A DNA stretch of 64,000 nt from Bacteriovoracia bacterium (lineage in GTDB: Bacteria; Bdellovibrionota; UBA1018; JBFWNL01): positions 44,412-108,411 of the forward strand of contig JBFWNL010000011.1 of the NCBI GenBank assembly GCA_050251055.1, in the 5' to 3' direction. Shown here piece by piece: positions 18,822-27,032 of the stretch. The position numbers and the translations under genes are program-made. Position 1 is the first letter of the stretch. Every line of letters begins with the position of its first letter. Under the pieces are notes generated by a model. The model was given only the letters and a program-made list of their open reading frames with translations, was not told where the DNA came from and ran no database searches.

Positions 18822-19731
18822 GGCGCCGGAAGCTTCCCTTCCCGACCCGCCCGTCCAAGCGCAGACAACTCGCCGCGGCCGTGCCCAATCCCGCGACCAT
18901 CCCCACCGACACCAAGAGCAGGGAAATCCAGCCGGTGGAACCGAGTGCGCGCACTTCCGCGAGCATGGGGGAAAGCGAAGCCACGGCCGGGGTGAGCAAC
19001 CAGACTCCCGTCTGCCATAACCCCAACGCGATCAATCCCGCCGCGCCGCCCGCCAGAAGACCGCTCAGAAGTGCCGGTGCATGCACGCTCCAACCGTCTG
19101 CGCCCCAAAGCCGCATCAAGCTCGCGACTTCCGCGTGAATACCGGCGCTTAGGCGCGAAGCATGGAACATCCCGCTCAAAAGCGCTAAACAAAGGCCGAT
19201 GGCCAACCCAATCGCACCCCAACGCAGTCCCCGATAAGCTCCCACCACGTGGCGATAGCGATCGCGCGAGCTCTCGGCCTGCTCAATACCCGGCAATGCC
19301 CGCACTTTCGCGAGTACGCCGCTTCCGCTGGCCTGGGCGGAGACCGGAAAAACGCCCGCGATCGAAACGTAGCGCGGTACCACGCGCGGCATGTCCGCCC
19401 CCAGGTGCAAGATCTCTTGGTGCATCTCCGGATCCGTCTCGGCGAGTTCCTTCAGGAACGCAGAAGTACCCACGAGCTGGATATCGGCCGCGCCCACTGC
19501 CACGCGAATCGTGTCGACTAGCTTTCCTTCATCGGCCGGATCCAGGGTGGGCGCGACGTAGGCCGTGATGACCTGTTCATGCTCCAGCCGATGGACGACC
19601 GGACGTAAAACCGCCTGAGCCCAGATCATGAGACCGAACAAGAAAATCAGAGTCGCCATCGAAACCACGCTGATCGCCTGGGCGCCGGGAGCAAGCCGGA
19701 AAGGGCGCAAGGCCAATCTCAGTAGGTGCAT
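18814..19731 (-). CDS. ftsX: Cell division permease FtsX-like
   Basis: Four hydrophobic segments, EVASLMRLWGA motif, between ftsE and envC; ATG at 19731. Confidence 0.8.
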   Translation of the reverse strand: MHLLRLALRPFRLAPGAQAISVVSMATLIFLFGLMIWAQAVLRPVVHRLEHEQVITAYVAPTLDPADEGKLVDTIRVAVGAADIQLVGTSAFLKELAETDPEMHQEILHLGADMPRVVPRYVSIAGVFPVSAQASGSGVLAKVRALPGIEQAESSRDRYRHVVGAYRGLRWGAIGLAIGLCLALLSGMFHASRLSAGIHAEVASLMRLWGADGWSVHAPALLSGLLAGGAAGLIALGLWQTGVWLLTPAVASLSPMLAEVRALGSTGWISLLLVSVGMVAGLGTAAASCLRLDGRVGKGSFRRHG

Positions 19732-20402
19732 ACGTGATGCTCCTCCAAGGTCAGGCGCCCCCCGTTCAAGATCGCGCATTTCTTGCGTACCCGGCGGACG
19801 ATTTCGCGGTCGTGCGTGGCGACCACCACCGTGGCCCCCTGCTTGTTGGCCTTGATCAATAGATCCATCAACGCCCAGGTAAAGTCGCGGTCCTGCGCGC
19901 CCGTGGGCTCATCGGCGATGATTAGATCGGGCTGGCGCACGAACGCCCGCGCGGCGGCCACGCGTTGGGCCTCGCCTCCCGAAAGCGTCCCCGCCGGCTT
20001 GGCGCGTTTGGCGGACAACCCCATCATGCGCAGGTAATCCTCAACGCGATCGCGCGACTCGGCGCCCGCGTACTTCTTGTGCGCGAACCTCATGGCCAGC
20101 GCGACGTTTTCATAAACGCTAAGATCCGGGATCAGCCGGACATTTTGGGGGATGTAGCCGACCGCCTGTCGAAGCGAGCGCAAGGTACTGGGGGTGATCC
20201 TTCCCAAGTCGTAACCCATCACGGAGACCTGGCCCTGGGTAGGCGCTTCCTCGGTGGCCATTAGACGCAAGAGCGAAGACTTGCCCGCACCCGTTCCACC
20301 GACGACATACAGGAACTCACCGCGCTGGAGGTGCAGATCCACGCCGTCCAAGGTCTTGGCCGATTCTTGATAGGATTTGGATACCCCTTTTAGGGTCAAC
20401 AT
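19719..20402 (-). CDS. ftsE: Cell division ATP-binding protein FtsE
   Basis: GGTGAGKS, LSGGEAQR, IIADEPTG, VVATHD; ftsE-ftsX-envC synteny. Confidence 0.9.
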   Translation of the reverse strand: MLTLKGVSKSYQESAKTLDGVDLHLQRGEFLYVVGGTGAGKSSLLRLMATEEAPTQGQVSVMGYDLGRITPSTLRSLRQAVGYIPQNVRLIPDLSVYENVALAMRFAHKKYAGAESRDRVEDYLRMMGLSAKRAKPAGTLSGGEAQRVAAARAFVRQPDLIIADEPTGAQDRDFTWALMDLLIKANKQGATVVVATHDREIVRRVRKKCAILNGGRLTLEEHHVCTY

Positions 20403-20467
20403 CGCGTTCTTTCCCCGATTAAAAACATATCATTTTTTTTAGGGGGAAGGGGAAGTATGCTGGGAAG

Positions 20468-21421
20468 ATGCGGGAATCGCCCCTTGGCCGCGCGCTGACT
20501 CGGATCGGCGGCATCTACTTCTCCTACTTGCTCTGGTTTTTCCTGTTTCAGCTCATTATTTTGACGTTCATTACTTATTTTTTAATTTCGCCCAGTTCAC
20601 GCGTGCCGAAGCTGCAGGAGATCAGCGAAGTCGTGCTCTCCAACCAGATTCCGGTGGCGGCGGTGGGTGCCGCCCTCTTCGTCACTTTCTTGACGCTCAT
20701 TCGACCTTACCTCGTCCGTGACGCCCGCCAAGATCTCCTGCATTGGGACGAGCTGCGCCGGTTTTACTTTCCGGCGATGTTAGGGGGCACCGTGCTAGGC
20801 GCGGGGCTCACCCTGGCGCTCTTCCTCAGCGGGCACTACCGTTTCCTGGGCACCACGCTCCATTTCGAGGAAGCGGTATCGATCATCGCGGGCGTACTCG
20901 CCAAAAGCTCCATGCTCGCCCTACTGGTTTACTGCGAAGAGTATCTTTTCCGCAAAAAACTGCTCGAAGCTGTCCGTCGACACGTGCCGGATCTCTACGC
21001 CGCGGCCTTCTGTGCCATCCTCTTTTGTGGCGCGAAAGCGCTGCAGTTTCAGTTAGGCGTCATGCAGGTCACGACGCTTTTCCTCGCGGGGCTTTGGCTC
21101 GGCTTAAAGGCCTGTGCCGATCGTCAATTCCAAGGTGGCGCTGGCTTCTGGACCGCGTTCCTCGTGCTTCTGCACGCCATCTTGGGTTTGCCGATTCTCG
21201 GCAACGACGCGAACGGAATTTTTCTGATCAAATATAGCAGCACCACGGAAGCGATCTGGAGCGCTTGGGGCGCCGATAGCCGCACGACGCTTTTTCTGAC
21301 CGGCGGGATCGGTGGCCCGCTCTCGAGTTTTGCCGTGCAAATCATTCTTTTGATGCAAAGTATTAGAATTCTGGTTAAAAATCATGGGATAGGTAGGATT
21401 CTCAAAAATGCCCACGACTGA
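20468..21421 (+). CDS. CPBP/Abi (CAAX protease-like) intramembrane protein
   Basis: Multi-TM with CEEYLFR motif; overlaps tolQ start. Confidence 0.65.
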   Translation: MRESPLGRALTRIGGIYFSYLLWFFLFQLIILTFITYFLISPSSRVPKLQEISEVVLSNQIPVAAVGAALFVTFLTLIRPYLVRDARQDLLHWDELRRFYFPAMLGGTVLGAGLTLALFLSGHYRFLGTTLHFEEAVSIIAGVLAKSSMLALLVYCEEYLFRKKLLEAVRRHVPDLYAAAFCAILFCGAKALQFQLGVMQVTTLFLAGLWLGLKACADRQFQGGAGFWTAFLVLLHAILGLPILGNDANGIFLIKYSSTTEAIWSAWGADSRTTLFLTGGIGGPLSSFAVQIILLMQSIRILVKNHGIGRILKNAHD

Positions 21422-22115
21422 ACTAGCCTCGACCGGAGTTTTCGCCTTGATCGCCCAAGCCGGACTGGTCGTCAAAGCCGTCCTGCTCATGCTTGCTTCG
21501 GCCTCCGTGTTTTGTTGGGCCATCATCCTGACTAAACGTCGCGTGCTGAAAGTCGCGATGAAAGAAAATGGCAAATTTCTTGACGCATTCTGGCAAAGCA
21601 AGAGCTTAGACGAAGTTTTCGGTAAGAGCGAAAGCTTCAAGAGCTCCCCCGTGGCCAATGTTTTCCGCAGCGGCTTCAAGGAGCTGCAGAAGCTCTCCTT
21701 GACCGAACGCAACGGCGGCACTTTCCAAGAAGTAGACAACGTCAATCGCGCCCTGGTGCGCGCCTCCATGCACGAAATGTCCAACATGGAGAAGTACCTG
21801 AGTTGGCTCGCGACCACGGCGAGCGCCTCTCCGTTCGTGGGACTCTTCGGGACCGTTTGGGGGATCATGAACTCCTTCCAGCGCATCGGCACCGCCGAGA
21901 CGGTGAACCTCGCGGTCGTGGCGCCGGGCATCTCGGAGGCGCTTATCGCGACGGCCGTGGGTCTCGCCGCCGCCATCCCGGCCGTGATCGCGTATAACCA
22001 TTTCGTCAATCACGTGAAGAAGATCGGGGTGGACGTGGACAATTTCTCGAACGACTTCCTCAATATCATTCAACGGGGACTGATGGCCGGCGGCAAGACC
22101 CCGGCCAAGAGGTAA
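21408..22115 (+). CDS. tolQ: Tol-Pal system protein TolQ
   Basis: SPFVGLFGTVWGIMNSF, VAPGISEALIATAVGL. Confidence 0.95.
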   Translation: MPTTELASTGVFALIAQAGLVVKAVLLMLASASVFCWAIILTKRRVLKVAMKENGKFLDAFWQSKSLDEVFGKSESFKSSPVANVFRSGFKELQKLSLTERNGGTFQEVDNVNRALVRASMHEMSNMEKYLSWLATTASASPFVGLFGTVWGIMNSFQRIGTAETVNLAVVAPGISEALIATAVGLAAAIPAVIAYNHFVNHVKKIGVDVDNFSNDFLNIIQRGLMAGGKTPAKR

Positions 22116-22119
22116 TTGC

Positions 22120-22551
22120 GTGGCGTTTTCCAATCCTAACAAAGGTCGGCAGATGACCGCCTTAGCGGAAATCAACGTCACACCTTTCGTCGACGTCATG
22201 CTCGTGCTCCTGATCGTCTTCATGGTCTCGGCGCCGCTCATGCAGCAAGGCGTGCAGGTCCACCTGCCGAAGGCCAACGCCGGCTCGATGGACGACGTCC
22301 CCGACCAGCTCAATCTCATGATCTCCAAGGACCAGACCATCGCCTTCAACGGAAAGGCCCTCAAAAAAGGCACGCTGCGTGAACGCCTGCTCGCGATCTC
22401 CGCCGCCAAGCCTGGCGTCCAGGTCGTGGTCCAAGCCGATAAAGACGTCGCGTACGGTTTTATCGCCCAAGTCATTTCCGAAGTGAAGAATGCAAAAATC
22501 AGCCGGGTGGGTCTCAAGACTGCTCCGGCCGACAAGAATTTTCATTTATAA
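22120..22551 (+). CDS. tolR: Tol-Pal system protein TolR
   Basis: EINVTPFVDVMLVLLIVFMV; GTG start. Confidence 0.93.
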   Translation: MAFSNPNKGRQMTALAEINVTPFVDVMLVLLIVFMVSAPLMQQGVQVHLPKANAGSMDDVPDQLNLMISKDQTIAFNGKALKKGTLRERLLAISAAKPGVQVVVQADKDVAYGFIAQVISEVKNAKISRVGLKTAPADKNFHL

Positions 22552-22554
22552 AAC

Positions 22555-23328
22555 ATGAGCTCGTCCGCTTTGCGTCCGTTGGATACTCCCGCCGACCCCA
22601 ATTCCCGCCTTTCGCGCGGGCTGCGCTGGTCTTTTATCTTGCACGCGCTATTCCTCGCGGTTGTTTTCGTGAAAACCGTGGTGCTGCCCGATAACTTCGA
22701 GGTTTATACGCCCACCCTGCGCGTGGATCTCGTCGGCTTGCCGGACATTCTCTCCAAGGACCTCGACAAGGTGAGCCCGATCGTTCCCAAGGAAGACGCC
22801 GGCGACGACATGAAGGCGCCGGCCGAGCAGAAGATCAAGACCGGCGACATGACGCTGAAAGAGCAGGAGAAGAAAAAGAAAGCCACCCAGGAAGCCGAGG
22901 CGAAAAAGCGTAAATCGAAGATGTCCAACGCGCTCGAACGCATCAAGGCGCTCGCCAAGCTCTCCGAGGAAGAACCGAAGAACCAAGCCTTGATCAAAGG
23001 CAACCAGGTTTCGAAAGGCACGACGCTCACCGGAAACGCGAAGGAGGCCGCGAACCTCAGCTACAACGACCTGCTGCTGGAGCGTCTGAAACAGAACTGG
23101 GAACTTCCCGTATGGCTCGACCGGCAGAATCTTTCGGCCAAAGTGCTGCTCTACATCGACGCGCGCGGCAGCGTGCGCGGCATTCGCTTTGAGAAAAACT
23201 CCGGTAATCCCAAGTTCGACGCCGCCGTTCGTGACGCAATTACGGCCAGTGACCCGTTTCCCGTTCCCCCCAAGGAGCTGCAGAGCCAGATGATGTCATC
23301 GGGCGTGCTGTTGGGATTTCCGCTATGA
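22555..23328 (+). CDS. tolA: TolA/TonB C-terminal domain protein
   Basis: SFILH TM motif, K/E-rich linker, SGNPKFDAAVRDAI..PFPVPP; between tolR and tolB. Confidence 0.85.
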   Translation: MSSSALRPLDTPADPNSRLSRGLRWSFILHALFLAVVFVKTVVLPDNFEVYTPTLRVDLVGLPDILSKDLDKVSPIVPKEDAGDDMKAPAEQKIKTGDMTLKEQEKKKKATQEAEAKKRKSKMSNALERIKALAKLSEEEPKNQALIKGNQVSKGTTLTGNAKEAANLSYNDLLLERLKQNWELPVWLDRQNLSAKVLLYIDARGSVRGIRFEKNSGNPKFDAAVRDAITASDPFPVPPKELQSQMMSSGVLLGFPL

Positions 23329-23356
23329 CGCTACAGAAATAAAGAGGACCAAGCTT

Positions 23357-24703
23357 ATGAAAAAAAGGAACCAATCGAGCGCATTCCCTCTCCTCTCCAC
23401 CGCCGTTTTAGGCTTTTACCTTGCCCTTCCCGCCACTTCCACCGCGGAAACCACGGCTTACATCCCGGTCGGCAAGGCCAAGACGAAGAAGACCGTCATC
23501 GCTTTCCCCCCGATTCGGACGAAGGATGGCGACCCCCGCGGCATCGCCAAAACCATCGCGAGCACCGTAAACGATGACCTCGTGTTCATGGACATCTTCT
23601 CGTTCATGGCTCCGGGCGCTTTCATCGAGGACGCCGGCAAAGCTGGCATCGCTCCCGACACCTTCAAGTACTCCGACTGGTCGGTGATTGGCACCGATAT
23701 CCTCATCAAGGCGGCCCTGAGCTCGGAAGGCTCCAACGTGGTGCTCGAAGCTTATGTCTACGACCCGAGTAAAAGCTCCCAAGTGATGGCCAAGCGCTAC
23801 GTCGCCAGCCCCGCTGATGCGGTGTCCATCGGCCACACGTTCGCCAATGAGCTCGTCGAAAAACTCACCGGGCTTAAGGGCATCTTTATGTCGCGAATCG
23901 CGATGGTGTGCAACCTGACGGGCAAGGATGAGATCTACGTCATGGACTTCGACGGCAAGAACTCCAAGCAGCTTACTCGCCACCGCTCGCTCGCGTTCTC
24001 TCCCGGCTGGAGTCCTGACGGCTCCAAGATCGCGTACACGGTGGTGAACCGCAATGCCAAGAACGTGCGCAACCACGATCTTTTCGAATACAGCTTCATC
24101 GAGAACTCCACGCGGCAGCTCTCCAACCGTACCGGCATGAATAGCGGCGCCGACTATTCGCCCGATGGCTCCAAGATCGCGCTTACCATGAGCTTCCTGG
24201 GCAACCCCGAGATTTTCTCGCTCGATCCCAAGACTAAGACGATCACCCGGCTCACGAAATCGTTTGGTTCGAATGTCGACCCGCGCTGGAGCCCGGACGG
24301 GTCAAAGCTAGCGTTCATTTCCGATCGCACCGGCCAGCCGATGGTTTTCAGCATGAACGCCGACGGCTCGAACGTACAACGCCTGACCTTTGCCGGCCGC
24401 TATAACGCAACCCCGTCGTGGTCGTCGACCAATAACAAAATCGCCTTTGCCGGTTGGACCACGGGCCACTTTGATATTTTCATCATGAACCCGGATGGTA
24501 CCAAGATCGAGCGTCTCACTAAGGACCAAGGGAATAACGAGGACCCCGATTTCAGCCCCGACGGAAATTTCTTGGTCTTCAGCTCGAATCGAACGGGAAA
24601 AAAGAACATCTACGTCATGAATATCGACGGTACCTTCGTGAAGCGCTTGACTTACGGTCTCGGGAACTGCCAATCTCCTCGTTGGTCCAAAGCGCCCAAG
24701 TAA
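23357..24703 (+). CDS. tolB: Tol-Pal beta-propeller protein TolB
   Basis: Signal peptide, TolB_N-like domain, repeated WSPDG/FSPDG (PD40) motifs. Confidence 0.95.
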   Translation: MKKRNQSSAFPLLSTAVLGFYLALPATSTAETTAYIPVGKAKTKKTVIAFPPIRTKDGDPRGIAKTIASTVNDDLVFMDIFSFMAPGAFIEDAGKAGIAPDTFKYSDWSVIGTDILIKAALSSEGSNVVLEAYVYDPSKSSQVMAKRYVASPADAVSIGHTFANELVEKLTGLKGIFMSRIAMVCNLTGKDEIYVMDFDGKNSKQLTRHRSLAFSPGWSPDGSKIAYTVVNRNAKNVRNHDLFEYSFIENSTRQLSNRTGMNSGADYSPDGSKIALTMSFLGNPEIFSLDPKTKTITRLTKSFGSNVDPRWSPDGSKLAFISDRTGQPMVFSMNADGSNVQRLTFAGRYNATPSWSSTNNKIAFAGWTTGHFDIFIMNPDGTKIERLTKDQGNNEDPDFSPDGNFLVFSSNRTGKKNIYVMNIDGTFVKRLTYGLGNCQSPRWSKAPK

Positions 24704-24716
24704 AGGATTCAATTTT

Positions 24717-25043
24717 ATGGAAGCACGTGCCGTATTTCCGGCAGAAATTCAGGAGCAAATCCGTAAAGGATACATTATCCGGCTGGATCAACGCGTCAAG
24801 CGCATGCGTAAGTTCTTTGCGGAACGCAACTGGGTGGACCTCCGCCAGGAGTGCATGCACTTGCGCAAAACCGCCCCCGGCTTTGGCCTCGCGGACCTCG
24901 CTTCGCTCGCCGAACGCGTGGAGCTGAGCCTCGAAGCCGCCGGCGGCCTGAGCCGCGCGCAAGTTCGCCCCGAAGCAAAGCTTGCCGCCGAGAATCTTTT
25001 TTCTGAAATCTACAAAACCCTGAGCCAGGAGAGCCTGATATGA
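24717..25043 (+). CDS. Stand-alone HPt-like domain protein
   Basis: 108 aa helical; CMHLRKTAPGFGLADLASLAERVE resembles AHxLKG...G...L...A..LE. Confidence 0.6.
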   Translation: MEARAVFPAEIQEQIRKGYIIRLDQRVKRMRKFFAERNWVDLRQECMHLRKTAPGFGLADLASLAERVELSLEAAGGLSRAQVRPEAKLAAENLFSEIYKTLSQESLI

Positions 25044-26329
25044 GTTCCATGAACGGAGACCGCGTCGTCATTGTCAACGGAGCCCGCACGCCATTTGCAC
25101 GCGCGCGCAGCGTGTACCAGAAAATGCCGGCTTCGGCCTTGGGCGGGATTCCGCTCCGAGAAACCATCGCCCGCTCGGATCTCGATCCCAAGCTCGTGGA
25201 AGAAGTCTACTACGGCATCGTGAGCTCGCCCGCCGAGGGCACGAACGTGGCCCGCGAGGCTTTGTTCGACTCTGGCCTACCGCCGACGATTCCCTGCACC
25301 ACCATCAATCGTTACTGCGCTTCGGCCATGGAAGCCGCGGCCGGGATCGCGGCCAAGATCCAGTCCGGACAGATTTCCGTCGGCATCGCCGGGGGCGTCG
25401 AGTCCATCAGCTCCATCCGCGCGCTCTTCAGCCAGAAGGCGACCGATTACTTCCAAGATATCGCCCGCGCGAAGACCGCGGGCCAACGCCTCGGCATGCT
25501 CTCGCAGTTTCGCCCGGCGCTGCTCGCGCCGCACGCGCCCGGCATCAAGGAACCGACGACCAACCTCAGCATGGGGCAGTCGGCGGACCTCATGGCTCGC
25601 GAGTTCAACGTAAGCCGCGAGGAGCAAGACAAATTCGCCTTGGGCAGCCATCAAAAGGCCCATGCCGCTTGGGAGAACGGTTTTTTCCGTACGCACGTCG
25701 CCCCCGTGGCTAACCCCGAAGGCAAAGTCGTGGAGCGCGATACGGACGTACGCGCCGATTCCACCCTGGAAAAACTCGCCTCACTGAAGCCCGTCTTCTA
25801 TAAGGATGGGACGATCAGCGCGGGCAATGCGAGTCCCCTTACCGATGGTGCGGCGGCCGTTCTCATGATGTCCGAATCGCGCGCGCGCGAGCTGAACATG
25901 AAGCCCATCGGCGTCGTTCGCAGCTACGCCGCGGCCGCCATCGACATCAAGAAGGAAGCCCTACTCATTGGCCCCGTGTACGCCATCCCACGCGCGCTCA
26001 AAGCCGCGGGCGTCACCTGGAAAGACCTTGATCTGCTTGAAGTTCACGAAGCTTTCGCGGCGCAGGTGCTGGCCACGGTCAATGCCATCGAGTCAGCCGA
26101 GTTCTGCAAATCGAAACTTGGCTTAGACGGTCCTATCGGCAGCGTGGACTTCACCAAGCTCAACGTGCACGGCGGATCGGTCTCCATCGGCCACCCCTTC
26201 GGCGCCACTGGCGCCCGCATGATCCTGCAAACGCTATACGGGCTTCGCGCCAAGAAGAAAAATCTGGGCCTGATCTCGGTTTGCGCCGCGGGTGGCCTGG
26301 GCTCCGTCATGGTGTTAGAGGCGATCTAA
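25040..26329 (+). CDS. Acetyl-CoA C-acyltransferase (thiolase, FadI-like)
   Basis: NRYCASA, HEAFAAQVL, GHPFGATGAR, VCAAGG. Confidence 0.93.
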   Translation: MSSMNGDRVVIVNGARTPFARARSVYQKMPASALGGIPLRETIARSDLDPKLVEEVYYGIVSSPAEGTNVAREALFDSGLPPTIPCTTINRYCASAMEAAAGIAAKIQSGQISVGIAGGVESISSIRALFSQKATDYFQDIARAKTAGQRLGMLSQFRPALLAPHAPGIKEPTTNLSMGQSADLMAREFNVSREEQDKFALGSHQKAHAAWENGFFRTHVAPVANPEGKVVERDTDVRADSTLEKLASLKPVFYKDGTISAGNASPLTDGAAAVLMMSESRARELNMKPIGVVRSYAAAAIDIKKEALLIGPVYAIPRALKAAGVTWKDLDLLEVHEAFAAQVLATVNAIESAEFCKSKLGLDGPIGSVDFTKLNVHGGSVSIGHPFGATGARMILQTLYGLRAKKKNLGLISVCAAGGLGSVMVLEAI

Positions 26330-26336
26330 GCCCCGC

Positions 26337-27032
26337 ATGCCGTGGGAATTTCCCGATCCCCGGACCGCGACCGAAGACGGCATCGTCGCCATCGGCGGGG
26401 ACATGCGCCCCGAGATCCTGATCACGGCCTACTCGCAAGGCATCTTTCCTTGGCCCATTGAAGGCGTTCCCGTCCTGACCTGGTTTTGTCCCGCCAAGCG
26501 GGCGATATTGAAGTTCTCAAATCTCCACGTCGCCCGTAGTCTGCGCCAGGCCCAGAAAAAAACGAAATTCACGTTCACGATCGACCAGGCATTTAGTGAA
26601 GTAATTGCCGAATGCGCGACCGCCAAGCGCGGGGATTGGGGCGCACCCGGCGCGGAGCTGCCCAGCACCTGGATCACGCCCGCGCTCAAGAAAGCCTACA
26701 TTCAATTTCATAAAGAACGCGCGCCCGGGCGCGGCGCCCATAGCGTCGAAGTCTGGGACGGTAAAGAGCTGGTGGGCGGGGTTTACGGCGTGGAGGTGGA
26801 CGGGGTGTTTTCGGCCGAGAGCATGTTCTTCCATAAATCCAATGCTTCTAAACTGGCGCTGCTTCACCTTGTGGAGCACCTCCGCTCGCGGGGGGCGGAA
26901 TGGATGGACATCCAAGTCATGTCCAAGCACATGCGAGCCCTCGGCGCGACGGAGCTATCACGCGAGCGGTTCTTGAAGCTCCTTTCGGATACCCAGAATA
27001 CCGCGCTTAAGTTGTTCGATTCGTACGGGTAA
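26337..27032 (+). CDS. aat: Leucyl/phenylalanyl-tRNA--protein transferase
   Basis: AYSQGIFPW, AHSVEVW..LVGGVYGV, ESMF..NASK. Confidence 0.95.
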   Translation: MPWEFPDPRTATEDGIVAIGGDMRPEILITAYSQGIFPWPIEGVPVLTWFCPAKRAILKFSNLHVARSLRQAQKKTKFTFTIDQAFSEVIAECATAKRGDWGAPGAELPSTWITPALKKAYIQFHKERAPGRGAHSVEVWDGKELVGGVYGVEVDGVFSAESMFFHKSNASKLALLHLVEHLRSRGAEWMDIQVMSKHMRALGATELSRERFLKLLSDTQNTALKLFDSYG

